DNA from: Candidatus Magasanikiibacteriota bacterium | Lineage (GTDB): Bacteria; Patescibacteriota; Patescibacteriia; Magasanikbacterales; GWA2-37-8 | Length of the DNA stretch: 64,000 nt | Assembly: GCA_026396515.1 (NCBI GenBank) | Contig: JAPLWQ010000002.1 | Span: 193,230-257,229 of the forward strand | Reading direction: 5' to 3' | Part shown: one piece after another, positions 27,902-36,953 of the stretch | Position numbering within the stretch: position 1 is the first letter of the stretch | Layout of the letters: every line of letters begins with the position of its first letter | Position numbers and translations under genes: made by a program | Notes under the pieces: generated by a model | What the model was told of the DNA's origin: nothing | Databases searched by the model: none | What the model saw: only the letters and a program-made list of their open reading frames with translations

Positions 27902-30787
27902 CTATGCGATTGGAGGTCGTATCGGCAAATTGGCGGGAGGCGGACTTACTGCCGGGGGTATTTGTGGCGGTGCCGGTGGTGGAACAATGGGCGGTGCCGG
28001 CGGTGGCTGGCTTCCCCGCGGCGGTTCAACCGGCGTCATCCCGCTTTTTTCCATTCCAATATCAACCTTAACTACTTCATTTTTCTGTCTGATTTTTATA
28101 TCCGCACTGGTTGTTTTATCATACCCGTTCTTATCAAAAGTAATGAAGTATTCATTAGGTCCAACCATAAACGAATATCTTCCGCTATTATCAGTTACCT
28201 CAGTAGCAACCAATTTGTTAAATTGCTTGCTAAACAATCTTGTAACCACGCGGCCAATTGGTTTCTTATCCGTTTTATCATACACAATACCCCAATTTTT
28301 TGGTTTCTTGGCCACGGACAAACGTTTGAACAAATAATATAAAGCAACCTGCGCAACTAATAGTGAGATGGTCCACCAATTCGGCGATATAACCACAGCT
28401 ATGATACCGGCAACAATGCTTAAAGAGGCGATGAATTTCTGTACATCTCTCAGCCAGCGCTCAATAAGAATGCGCCGCGGCGTTCTTTCTTCGACTCCTG
28501 CCGGATCCACCGGGATATTCGCGGCTATCGCCACGTATTTGTCGTCAACATGAACCGGTTCGCCATGGTAAATGTCCAAAAAGCCTGTATCCTCCTTGAA
28601 TTCCTGCAAAATTTTTGTCGGAAAAACATATCCTGGTTTTGTTACTTCCAAACGGTATAAACCCGGCTCAACGAAGAACGCATAGCGGCCCTCAGCATCG
28701 GTCACCCGGGACTGGACAATTCTGTTTGTTTTTGAATCAATTACCCGAACAATAGCCAGGTCAATCGGCATTTTACTTAGTGAATTATATACAATTCCCC
28801 ACTTCTTCCTTTTTCTTCTGCCAAACAGGAATATCGGCTGTAGGAATAAGAATCTCAAATATGATAATAAACTTAACAGGGAAAGAGCCGGGACAGTGGC
28901 TAAAAGAGCTGACCCCAAAGCGATCGGCGCCACCGCCTGCTCGGCGGCTTTTTCCACATTCGGGTTGTCCGCACTTTCTATTAATTTATTAACTTGATCT
29001 TGCGCTACCGAAGCTACATAGGAGGCTTTATCAGTAAGTGGTACGTTAGTGTCCAAAAGGTCAACTGATCCAACTAATTGAAACTGTCGATTGACTATAT
29101 GATTTGTCAGCGCAAATCCGCTTGTTTGTTCAGTGCGAAAACCGCCGGCCTCGGCCCTAATTCTAAATGTTCCATTCGGCAATACAAAACCATATCGGCC
29201 ATTCGCTGATGTCTGCGTTCTGGCCACTTGTACATATTGCCCGCCCGCATACTGCTCGGCTATTACGCTCGCGCCGGATACTGGGCCGATACCATCCCGG
29301 GTTTTGCCATTAATAATGCCCTGCGTCAAGATAGAAACAGTAAATGGAATTACTGCTTCGCTCGATGACCCATAATCAATCGTAAGCGCCGCATTGTGCA
29401 AACCGACAGCGCTTAAATCGGTAACATCAACCGCGTACATCCGCAAGGAGTTATCATAATATAGGCGATAAGTATTTTCACCAAGCAATAAATTGACTTC
29501 GGAAACCTGTTCGCCTATCTCACTTATATCAGCGGCCACAGTTAAAGAAAACCCGCTTAAAGCTTCAACCGAGCCGCCTGTATTCGGCACTGCTTCAACA
29601 GTTCTGTTGGCCAAATAGAATTTTAAATCGGTCAGCGAAACAACTCCGCCGGTTGATGGTGTGGACGTGGCGGTCGGGCACTGTACTTCACCGAAGACAA
29701 ACTCATTATTGTCAGTTTCATTTTCACAGCCCGGATCCGCTAAATCGATCAGATTGTCATTATCATTATCTACCCCATCACTGCACTGAGTTACAATACC
29801 GCCGCTGGGCGTTGTCGAGCAAGAATAATCACCGGTCGAAAATTCATTATTATCATCCGAATTCGCGCATCCGGCATCAGCCGGAAAATCAATTCTACCA
29901 TCACCATCATTATCCACACCGTCAGAACATTGAGGCGTAATTGCACTGGCTGAGCAGCCAAGCTGGGCGCAGGATAAGTCATTAAACTGATAGGTCCTGG
30001 ACATGGCGTTACCGGCCTTATCAACAGCAGAAGCCGACACCACCACCTTTAGTTCCGGCGTAAGATCATTTACGGGATTTATATCGATTGAATACCACTT
30101 GTCATCAGTACCGTGCGCCGTGCGCGTAACATTTATCGGCAACTCAATATTGTTTTGCTTTACCACAACACTGAAGGTGCTCATGTTAAGGCCGGATCCG
30201 TCGTCGCGAATATCAAATTTAATATTCTGTCCGACCGGATGGTTTGGATTGTCCGGTACCGGGTCTAAATTAGTAAGATATGGCGGCTGCGTCTCACAGT
30301 ATCCATCAATAACAGTGTAACTACCTGATGTAACGCCGGTTAAGATATTTTCACTTGAGGGGTGAGCCGCAATTTTACTCGTAATGTCGCCGGCATTATA
30401 TCTGACGGTCAGATTAAGAGCGCCGTTGATATTACTCCGAACATTCACAGTGGCATAATTTAACGCGTTGCCATTTACGATTCCACCATAGCCAAACAGG
30501 CCGACCGTCCCGGCCGGCACTCCCGGTGGCGTACCATAGGTGCTGAATAATCCCGCGCCGGAAAGCCCAATTGTTCCGCCACCTAGCGCTCCATAATCAA
30601 CATATACTTGCGCGCCATTTGACGCCTGACCGTCTGTGCTCATTTTGACACGGATCTGCGCCGTGCATCCTTTTATAAGATTGCCGGATGCCGGTTCAAG
30701 ATAAAAAGTCGCGGCAGATGCCAAGTCAGCTTTAAAGAAAATCAATAGAGCAACAGCTGCAAGCGACCAACGGATAAATTTCAACAT
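27902..30787 (-). CDS. Large surface protein with TSP3-like Ca-binding repeats, two internal TM helices, two CarboxypepD_reg-like domains and a Pro-rich tail
   Basis: Signal peptide MLKFIRWSLAAVALLIFF...ASA. Repeats CSDGVDNDGDGRIDFPADAGC...DDNNE occur twice. Two segments resemble the carboxypeptidase regulatory domain. C-terminus is PPPAPPIVPPPAPP. Confidence 0.6.
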   Translation of the reverse strand: MLKFIRWSLAAVALLIFFKADLASAATFYLEPASGNLIKGCTAQIRVKMSTDGQASNGAQVYVDYGALGGGTIGLSGAGLFSTYGTPPGVPAGTVGLFGYGGIVNGNALNYATVNVRSNINGALNLTVRYNAGDITSKIAAHPSSENILTGVTSGSYTVIDGYCETQPPYLTNLDPVPDNPNHPVGQNIKFDIRDDGSGLNMSTFSVVVKQNNIELPINVTRTAHGTDDKWYSIDINPVNDLTPELKVVVSASAVDKAGNAMSRTYQFNDLSCAQLGCSASAITPQCSDGVDNDGDGRIDFPADAGCANSDDNNEFSTGDYSCSTTPSGGIVTQCSDGVDNDNDNLIDLADPGCENETDNNEFVFGEVQCPTATSTPSTGGVVSLTDLKFYLANRTVEAVPNTGGSVEALSGFSLTVAADISEIGEQVSEVNLLLGENTYRLYYDNSLRMYAVDVTDLSAVGLHNAALTIDYGSSSEAVIPFTVSILTQGIINGKTRDGIGPVSGASVIAEQYAGGQYVQVARTQTSANGRYGFVLPNGTFRIRAEAGGFRTEQTSGFALTNHIVNRQFQLVGSVDLLDTNVPLTDKASYVASVAQDQVNKLIESADNPNVEKAAEQAVAPIALGSALLATVPALSLLSLLSYLRFLFLQPIFLFGRRKRKKWGIVYNSLSKMPIDLAIVRVIDSKTNRIVQSRVTDAEGRYAFFVEPGLYRLEVTKPGYVFPTKILQEFKEDTGFLDIYHGEPVHVDDKYVAIAANIPVDPAGVEERTPRRILIERWLRDVQKFIASLSIVAGIIAVVISPNWWTISLLVAQVALYYLFKRLSVAKKPKNWGIVYDKTDKKPIGRVVTRLFSKQFNKLVATEVTDNSGRYSFMVGPNEYFITFDKNGYDKTTSADIKIRQKNEVVKVDIGMEKSGMTPVEPPRGSQPPPAPPIVPPPAPPQIPPAVSPPPANLPIRPPIA

Positions 30788-30819
30788 AGTTTTTATTTGA
30801 TAATTTTTCGTAATTAAAA

Positions 30820-31764
30820 TTATAATATCGGATCGCCTTTCTTGTTATAATTCACCAGAACGGCACTCATATCAAGCACATCAACAATTCCATCGCGGTT
30901 TAAGTCAAACTCAAGATTATGAGAGTTGAATTTAATGTCTTCAGCGGAAATATCAAGGATGTCGACATAATTATCTTTTAAACCAGTACCCTGAACATCA
31001 CCTGCTAATAATGAAAAAACGCTGGCCTCGGAAAAATCCAAAACCGCGTCCGTACCATTTTCCAAATGAACGCCAATTATTTTTTTTGCCAGATGCGATT
31101 GGCCTTTCAAAACTGCTTCAAAATTTCCGGTAGGCGCCCCGATATATTGTACTGTCGAAGAACCGACATCATTAATTGCGGTTGTAAATGAAAACATCAG
31201 TTGCTTTGTCGCCGAATCATACAGCAGCAAGGTTACATCCAAAGAGAGATTGCCGCCCGTCTTTGGCACACGCTTCTCCGGCTTGGCAATTATTGTCAGT
31301 TTATTTTGAAAAGCGGGAGAAAGAGTAACAAATGTGCCAGTGGCGGTTGTCTGATTGCTGGTATCAGCGCAGGTAATTAAAAAATAGTACGGCGTACCAG
31401 TGGTTAGGTCGCTTAAATTGACATAAAAATTTGAACCAGCTACGTTTGTCGCGCCAGAGGTGCCGTACATATCGGTAAGACCATAATTAAAAGAACAATA
31501 ACCTACTGACACATTATCTGTCGCTATCCAACTTACTGTGGCAGTAGTAAAGGATACATCTGTATTTATATTTGAAATAACCGGCGGTATGTTGTCGCTT
31601 GAACCGCCGCCTCCGCCCGGTGGCGTGCTGGTTGATGGCACGACAAATTGCACGTTTATATCCCCGGTTTCTTGAGCGGTAAAAGCAAAAGAGCCAAACA
31701 AAAAACAACCGCCCAATAATAGAAGTAGCAACACTACCCCAATATTGTAACGATTGTTAATCAT
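30820..31764 (-). CDS. Secreted FN3-domain protein with C-terminal dockerin-like repeat
   Basis: Signal peptide. PPVISNINTDVSFTTATVSWIATDNVSVGYC is FN3-like. DLNRDGIVDVLDMSAVLVNY is a dockerin/EF-hand-like Ca-binding repeat. Confidence 0.5.
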   Translation of the reverse strand: MINNRYNIGVVLLLLLLGGCFLFGSFAFTAQETGDINVQFVVPSTSTPPGGGGGSSDNIPPVISNINTDVSFTTATVSWIATDNVSVGYCSFNYGLTDMYGTSGATNVAGSNFYVNLSDLTTGTPYYFLITCADTSNQTTATGTFVTLSPAFQNKLTIIAKPEKRVPKTGGNLSLDVTLLLYDSATKQLMFSFTTAINDVGSSTVQYIGAPTGNFEAVLKGQSHLAKKIIGVHLENGTDAVLDFSEASVFSLLAGDVQGTGLKDNYVDILDISAEDIKFNSHNLEFDLNRDGIVDVLDMSAVLVNYNKKGDPIL

Positions 31765-31765
31765 A

Positions 31766-32644
31766 TTAAACTTTTTTTCTTCTAAATATCGCGACAGCTC
31801 CCAAAGCGGAAAATATCGCCAATAATATCCATAAATATAAAGGAAGATACCAGACGCTCTTTGTCGCCACCACTGTTTGCTTTGTTAAACCATAATTCAC
31901 CTTTACTTCAGCTTCATAGAGTCCTGGTAAGAGCAAACGCGCCGGCAAGTCCAAGTTTGCCGAAAAGCTCCTGCCTGACGATGGTAAAAGAGGCAGGCCA
32001 AAACTTATATCGCTTCGCGACACTTCGCGTCCCAGCCAATCGCGTACCGTAATTTCGCCTTTTACCGGCAATTCGGTGACGCAAGTATTAACTATGGAAA
32101 GAATCGCAGGCCAACTCTTCTTGACCGTAATGCCCGGCACCTCCCAGTGGTCAATACTTAACGACTCATTTACAACACCCGCGACCTGCAAAAGAAAAAC
32201 TGATACCAATTGGCCCGAGACGCCAACTTGCTTTTCAGCCTCACCAGTCACGCTCTCTGCCGCCAAGCCAAGATAATGAGACCCTGCCAAAGCGTCCTGC
32301 GGTACACTGACCGAAAAGTTAATTATTTTTTCAGAGTTTGGAAGAATCTCCACTATATCAACTTCCGGACGCACCCATGTTTCAGCGACTGAATTCTTTT
32401 CCATAAATGCCAGCCGCCCGCTTTCCATCTGCCGTGCGCCTAACACCTTTATCTTATATACCTGTTTTTTTGAAGACGAATTTTTGACTGTCAATGATAC
32501 ATCATGGCTCGACGTGCCCGGCGTAAGCGTCAGGTGATACTTGAGAGGGCTAATTGAAAAAGATTGACACACCGTAGTGAAAAATAATGCGCCAACGACC
32601 GCAAAAAAAAATATTTTTATCCAGCTTCTCATCATGTTTATCAA
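31766..32644 (-). CDS. Cell-surface protein, N-terminal signal peptide and C-terminal TM anchor with RRKKV tail
   Basis: 292 aa. Resembles the DUF916/DUF3324-type architecture of Gram-positive surface loci. Weak. Confidence 0.35.
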   Translation of the reverse strand: MINMMRSWIKIFFFAVVGALFFTTVCQSFSISPLKYHLTLTPGTSSHDVSLTVKNSSSKKQVYKIKVLGARQMESGRLAFMEKNSVAETWVRPEVDIVEILPNSEKIINFSVSVPQDALAGSHYLGLAAESVTGEAEKQVGVSGQLVSVFLLQVAGVVNESLSIDHWEVPGITVKKSWPAILSIVNTCVTELPVKGEITVRDWLGREVSRSDISFGLPLLPSSGRSFSANLDLPARLLLPGLYEAEVKVNYGLTKQTVVATKSVWYLPLYLWILLAIFSALGAVAIFRRKKV

Positions 32645-33264
32645 AGATTAGCGGACGCAGACATAGTCACTGTCTGGCTATAACTGCCGACAGCAGACGC
32701 AGCATCTATTGATGCTTTAAAAGAAATATCTGTCGCACTCGGGTCTATCGCCGTTGAGGTCGCCGAAACAATCGTACCAGCCGCTACCGCCACATCGCCT
32801 ACCACCTGACTTTCCGAACCACTGGCCGAAAAACCGTATTCTTCAGACCCAATGCTAACGGCGCCGTCGGATACTGCCGCAAGACCGGCCCCTGCCACGG
32901 CTGACATAGACATGGAATAGCCACTAATGCTATCTGTCCCCACGGTTACCGTAGTTATTGCAGTATTTATTGCCCCAGTACTTAATGTGCCTAAATTGAG
33001 CGCATTGTCGCTAATATCCATGGACAAATAGCCCCGCTCCATATATTGATAGCCGGCTCGTATTTCATAGGCGCTGCTTGATGAAAAATCACTCGGCGAT
33101 TCGCCGATTGTATCTTGAAGTGTGTAAGCTCCGCCCGAACTAAAACTACCGCCTGCATCTACTGAATCGGCATAAATGTAATAATTTGTTGAAGACATGG
33201 CGGCGAATACATTAAAAGGTACGGCCGCCATGGCCAACATAAGTAGCGCCGCGTAGAAACGCAT
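32641..33264 (-). CDS. Secreted Ser/Ala/Gly/Thr-rich protein (possible fibre/fimbrial-like subunit)
   Basis: 207 aa, signal peptide MRFYAALLMLAMAAVPFNVFA, low-complexity S/A/G/T body. 4-bp overlap with the downstream gene. Confidence 0.35.
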   Translation of the reverse strand: MRFYAALLMLAMAAVPFNVFAAMSSTNYYIYADSVDAGGSFSSGGAYTLQDTIGESPSDFSSSSAYEIRAGYQYMERGYLSMDISDNALNLGTLSTGAINTAITTVTVGTDSISGYSMSMSAVAGAGLAAVSDGAVSIGSEEYGFSASGSESQVVGDVAVAAGTIVSATSTAIDPSATDISFKASIDAASAVGSYSQTVTMSASANL

Positions 33265-33273
33265 AACAAATTT

Positions 33274-35586
33274 TTATTGATTCGCCGGTGTTTCCTCCGG
33301 AGCAGCCGTTCCTCCACCAACCAGAGACCTAATTTTGCTTGTGATATCTTTATTGTCCGGATTTAAATCTTTTACTTTGTAATAGTACTGCAGAGCAGTT
33401 GTTTTATCTCCGCGCGATTCATACAGCAACCCTAAGCTGTATAAAGCGTTTGAATAATTTGGCTGGAGGTTCACTGAATTTAGCCAAAGCGTTTCGGCAT
33501 CAGCGCGATCTTTATCTTTATTGCGGTTATATAATAGGCGGCCAAAATCAAAGAGTAAAACCGGATTGTTCGCGGCACCATATGACATCGCAGCTTTGTA
33601 CGATTCTACCGCTTCATCCAATTTATTTTGCTGTTCATACACTCTCGCCAGGCCGACATACGAATCAAGATAGTCGCGCTTTAACTCGCTCGCCTCCTTA
33701 TAATTTTTTATCGCATCATCCATCTGGCTTGATAACGCATAGTTGTTGGCTAACCGCCAAGAAAGTACCGGGTTGGTCGGCTCAAGCTCTTTTGCCTTTT
33801 GCCACGATTTAATCGCCCACTCTCTCGCTTCAGGGACAATGACGGCCGCATTTTCATACATGATAGCCAGATTTTCCCAGATCGCAACAGAACGGGGGGA
33901 TATTTCAGTGGCAGTTCTCGCTTCGTTTACAGCTTGCGCCACAAACGAACTGACAGCTTGCAGGTCTTTGCTTCCAGTGTTAACTAAATTTACCGCCTGC
34001 ATTAAGTATACCTGCGCCAATGCTGCATGATAAACATCCGAGCTGCCCCTCTGAAACAGTGCACGAGTTAAATTGCTTTGCGCTTCATTATAATCTTTAC
34101 TGGTGATAGCTTTGGCATACGACGCCTCCGCAAGATATAACCGCGCCCCCCACACTCCAACCATAATCAGGCCGGCGAGCACAACAATCATTACGAATGA
34201 AAAAGTCAGGCTGTATTGCGGAGTATCTTCAACTTCCCACTCTTTTTGCTTAATTACTTCGGGGTTAATAAATGATAACCCGGTAATAATTAAACCAAGC
34301 ATCAGCCACCATAACCACCATAATACCGGACCGAAAAACACGACAGCCATGGCACCAGTTAATACCAGCCAGGCCGCTGCCGTAATAAAAGTATCCAATT
34401 TGGTTTCCACAGAGTCGCCCATATCAACCATTTTAACAGCCGAAAAACCACCCCTCTTAAACCAAACGTTAAATACATGGCCAATTACATATAGGACCGC
34501 GAACAGAATAATAAGAGTGATCAGGACTCCGCCTTCAGCAAGGAGCGCCATAAAGGTTGAAAGCGGCTGACTGAACCGTAATGACCAAGCCAAAGTATCA
34601 TTATTAAAATCAACTGACCGATACTTTGAGAAATCAACATTGAAAGTACCCAAACCACTACCCAATAAAAATCCTTTTGCTCCGGAAAAAATAGTTTGAG
34701 ATGTAATGGACCATGAAGGTTTTGCCCCAAGAGAAATTTCGGCCGGAACTGCAGTCTGCAAATATCTCGGCGTACCAAATGCGATAAATATTACCGTTAA
34801 CATTAACATGGCAAACAAAGCTGAAACCCAGCCCAGCCGTACTTCTTTCATAAAGCTGACACCGACAAGCAGTAATAATATCAACCCTGCCAACACTATC
34901 CACCAAAGAATATTAAAGCTGAGCAACACGAGCGAGGCAAAACAAAGAATCGTTACGAAGAAATACATTATTGACTTCCCTACCAACATGTTCTTTTTAA
35001 GCAAATTGCCCGCGGCCAATAACATGATGACAATAATCCAAATGCCAAATGGCGTATTAATTTTATCAATTGAATTTAATGCGCCCGGGAATAACCAAGA
35101 AAGCAAGTCAAGTTTAAAGACAGCCTTCAAGATAAACACTAATGTCGTAAATCCACCGGTGTACACCATGGCATCAACCAAACCGCTCCAACGCGCGCGG
35201 GAATTGATGAAATTAGTAATAAGAAAATAAAAAACCGCTAGGAAAATAAGGTAAACATAGTTGAACACGAAATATTCATTTCTACCAAGAAACGAATCAT
35301 AATGATTCACTGAAAAAATGGACGAGAAAAGTGCGAACAGCAGTAAACCCAAGATCGGTAAATCCATTATTGACCGACGGTATGAAAGTGTTTTTGACAA
35401 AATCATTTTCGCCACAAACAAAATTACATTTACCAACAGTAAGCATATAAATGCATACTGTTTTGGTATGATATAAAAATTAACCAAATTTCTGTCCATA
35501 AACAGCGGCACGGCCACTGCATTGACCAGCAAAAAGACATACGAAAATATGTCTATAAACTTCAATACCTTCTGATTACCCATCAT
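33274..35586 (-). CDS. Wzy_C (O-antigen ligase-like) polytopic membrane protein fused to C-terminal TPR repeats
   Basis: 770 aa. About 12 TM helices in the N-terminal 480 aa, then at least 5 TPR-like repeats. Same architecture as PglL/TfpO-type O-oligosaccharyltransferases. Confidence 0.6.
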   Translation of the reverse strand: MMGNQKVLKFIDIFSYVFLLVNAVAVPLFMDRNLVNFYIIPKQYAFICLLLVNVILFVAKMILSKTLSYRRSIMDLPILGLLLFALFSSIFSVNHYDSFLGRNEYFVFNYVYLIFLAVFYFLITNFINSRARWSGLVDAMVYTGGFTTLVFILKAVFKLDLLSWLFPGALNSIDKINTPFGIWIIVIMLLAAGNLLKKNMLVGKSIMYFFVTILCFASLVLLSFNILWWIVLAGLILLLLVGVSFMKEVRLGWVSALFAMLMLTVIFIAFGTPRYLQTAVPAEISLGAKPSWSITSQTIFSGAKGFLLGSGLGTFNVDFSKYRSVDFNNDTLAWSLRFSQPLSTFMALLAEGGVLITLIILFAVLYVIGHVFNVWFKRGGFSAVKMVDMGDSVETKLDTFITAAAWLVLTGAMAVVFFGPVLWWLWWLMLGLIITGLSFINPEVIKQKEWEVEDTPQYSLTFSFVMIVVLAGLIMVGVWGARLYLAEASYAKAITSKDYNEAQSNLTRALFQRGSSDVYHAALAQVYLMQAVNLVNTGSKDLQAVSSFVAQAVNEARTATEISPRSVAIWENLAIMYENAAVIVPEAREWAIKSWQKAKELEPTNPVLSWRLANNYALSSQMDDAIKNYKEASELKRDYLDSYVGLARVYEQQNKLDEAVESYKAAMSYGAANNPVLLFDFGRLLYNRNKDKDRADAETLWLNSVNLQPNYSNALYSLGLLYESRGDKTTALQYYYKVKDLNPDNKDITSKIRSLVGGGTAAPEETPANQ

Positions 35587-35853
35587 AATGTATATATTAC
35601 GAGTAAAATATTTATTATTAAGTCAACAAACGGCGATCCGACCGAATCACCTGCAGCAATTATATCACACTTTATAAATATGATAAACTGTGAATAACTC
35701 AGTAATGGGACCTGTGTAAACATCTGCACATCTCGGAACCGTGTCCATGTATTTATGGCATATGCATGTGCTCTATTGCGCGAACTGGAAGTTCAACCGG
35801 GTTGGACAATTCATTTTCGGGTTATCTCACGCCTCGTGTGCAGAAATGTCATT

Positions 35854-35877
35854 TTTGTGTACGCTAGCGTACACAAA
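35854..35877. promoter_or_regulatory. 24-bp perfect palindrome P1, copy a
   Basis: TTTGTGTACGCTAGCGTACACAAA is its own reverse complement. Copies at 36825-36848, 61047-61070 (1 mismatch) and 61160-61183. Confidence 0.6.
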
Positions 35878-35913
35878 TTTTCAATATATCGCATGCTATC
35901 CACAATTTATTCA

Positions 35914-35938
35914 CAAAAAAATACCCTGCAAGGGTATT
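35914..35938 (-). terminator. Terminator of tRNA-Ala(CGC) (minus strand)
   Basis: Minus-strand read AAATACCCTTGCAGGGTATTTTTT: hairpin plus U-run directly 3' of the tRNA. Confidence 0.55.
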
Positions 35939-35942
35939 TGAG

Positions 35943-36013
35943 TGGACTTACCGGGAATTGAACCCGGGTCTCCGCAATGCGAATGCGGCGTACTACCGCT
36001 GTACTATAAGCCC
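35943..36013 (-). tRNA. tRNA-Ala(CGC)
   Basis: Acceptor GGGCTTA/TAAGTCC with G3:U70, anticodon loop TTCGCAT, T-arm CCGGG-TTCAATT-CCCGG. Confidence 0.8.
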
Positions 36014-36091
36014 AAATATATGATGCCAATGCTATATCCTCGGTAATGGAGATAAATTTCAATTTCCAACACACCGAATAGCTTGCTCGAA

Positions 36092-36113
36092 AATTGTTTC
36101 ACGTGAAACAATT
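36092..36113. promoter_or_regulatory. 22-bp perfect palindrome P2, copy a
   Basis: AATTGTTTCACGTGAAACAATT with a CACGTG core. Identical copy at 36580-36601 and an 18-bp core copy at 36729-36746. Confidence 0.6.
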
Positions 36114-36280
36114 TGACTCAATTTCGAATATTATATCACAATTCTTGAAGAAATCAAGGGCAAAATGTGTATAATTGTGCATAAATACCGCCTCTTGTCA
36201 GGATATCAGCCAGAACATAAAAAAAACCGCCTCAACCGAAGTATGTTGGCGGGAGCAGAGGGGCTGCTCAGTCCTTGCGA

Positions 36281-36535
36281 TCACTTGCTCTTGTAGAAGA
36301 TGGTAATGGTAACATGATGAGAAAGGCGGCCGGAAGCGTTTTGTAGCACCCGCGTGATCTCGACGGTTGCGCCGGCCAACTCGAGCCAGTCATTAATCTG
36401 CTTCTCGAGACCCACTGAGTTATCGACCGCATAGAACACTTTTACTCTCTCCATTTGCTTCCTCCTTTTCGGCAAAAAATGAGCTTGAACCACTATCGGC
36501 TTACTCAAAATAGCACGTGATGTCATTTCTGTCAA
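36281..36535 (-). CDS. Small hypothetical protein bracketed by P2 palindromes
   Basis: 84-aa ORF, or 57 aa from MERVKVFYAVDNS. P2a lies downstream and P2b upstream. No homology recognised. Confidence 0.3.
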   Translation of the reverse strand: MTEMTSRAILSKPIVVQAHFLPKRRKQMERVKVFYAVDNSVGLEKQINDWLELAGATVEITRVLQNASGRLSHHVTITIFYKSK

Positions 36536-36579
36536 TATAGCGCCGGAAAACAGCTATTTACGCAGTTATACATGATAAG

Positions 36580-36601
36580 AATTGTTTCACGTGAAACAAT
36601 T
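36580..36601. promoter_or_regulatory. Palindrome P2, copy b
   Basis: AATTGTTTCACGTGAAACAATT. Confidence 0.6.
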
Positions 36602-36646
36602 CTTTGGGTAAATATGAGATTTTTGGCTAATTTCAGCCAAATATAG

Positions 36647-36718
36647 TGTCCTCGCCAGGAATCGAACCTGGATCCGAGCATTAGGAGTGCCCGGTTCTAT
36701 CCATTAAACTACGAGGAC
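36647..36718 (-). tRNA. tRNA-Arg(CCT)
   Basis: Acceptor GTCCTCG/CGAGGAC, D-stem GTTT/AGAC-type, anticodon loop CTCCTAA, T-arm CCAGG-TTCGATT-CCTGG. Confidence 0.8.
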
Positions 36719-36728
36719 CTGATAGAAG

Positions 36729-36746
36729 ATGTTTCACGTGAAACAT
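36729..36746. promoter_or_regulatory. Palindrome P2, copy c (18-bp core)
   Basis: ATGTTTCACGTGAAACAT, 10 bp from the tRNA-Arg 5' end. Confidence 0.55.
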
Positions 36747-36824
36747 TCTTGCACGTTAAATGCCACCACTATCACAATGCCTGCAATTGTCATATGCGCA
36801 ATCCTAGAAGTCGATTTTCACGCG

Positions 36825-36848
36825 TTTGTGTACGCTAGCGTACACAAA
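36825..36848. promoter_or_regulatory. Palindrome P1, copy b (upstream of rmuC)
   Basis: TTTGTGTACGCTAGCGTACACAAA, about 105 bp upstream of the rmuC start. Confidence 0.6.
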
Positions 36849-36953
36849 TCTACAAATGAGACCACGGCCAGTAATAAGCAGACAATTACATTCATGGCCT
36901 CTCCTTGTGGAAAACTTGCCGGGATGGTAATATCTTACTATAAAATACAAATT

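Noticed and set aside
36729-36953. Upstream extension of the rmuC ORF (track start 36729)
   Set aside because: The extension overlaps the tRNA-Arg 5' flank and both palindrome families. The RmuC TM helix begins at MTTQLL (36954), and an in-frame ATG at 36894 is the only plausible alternative.
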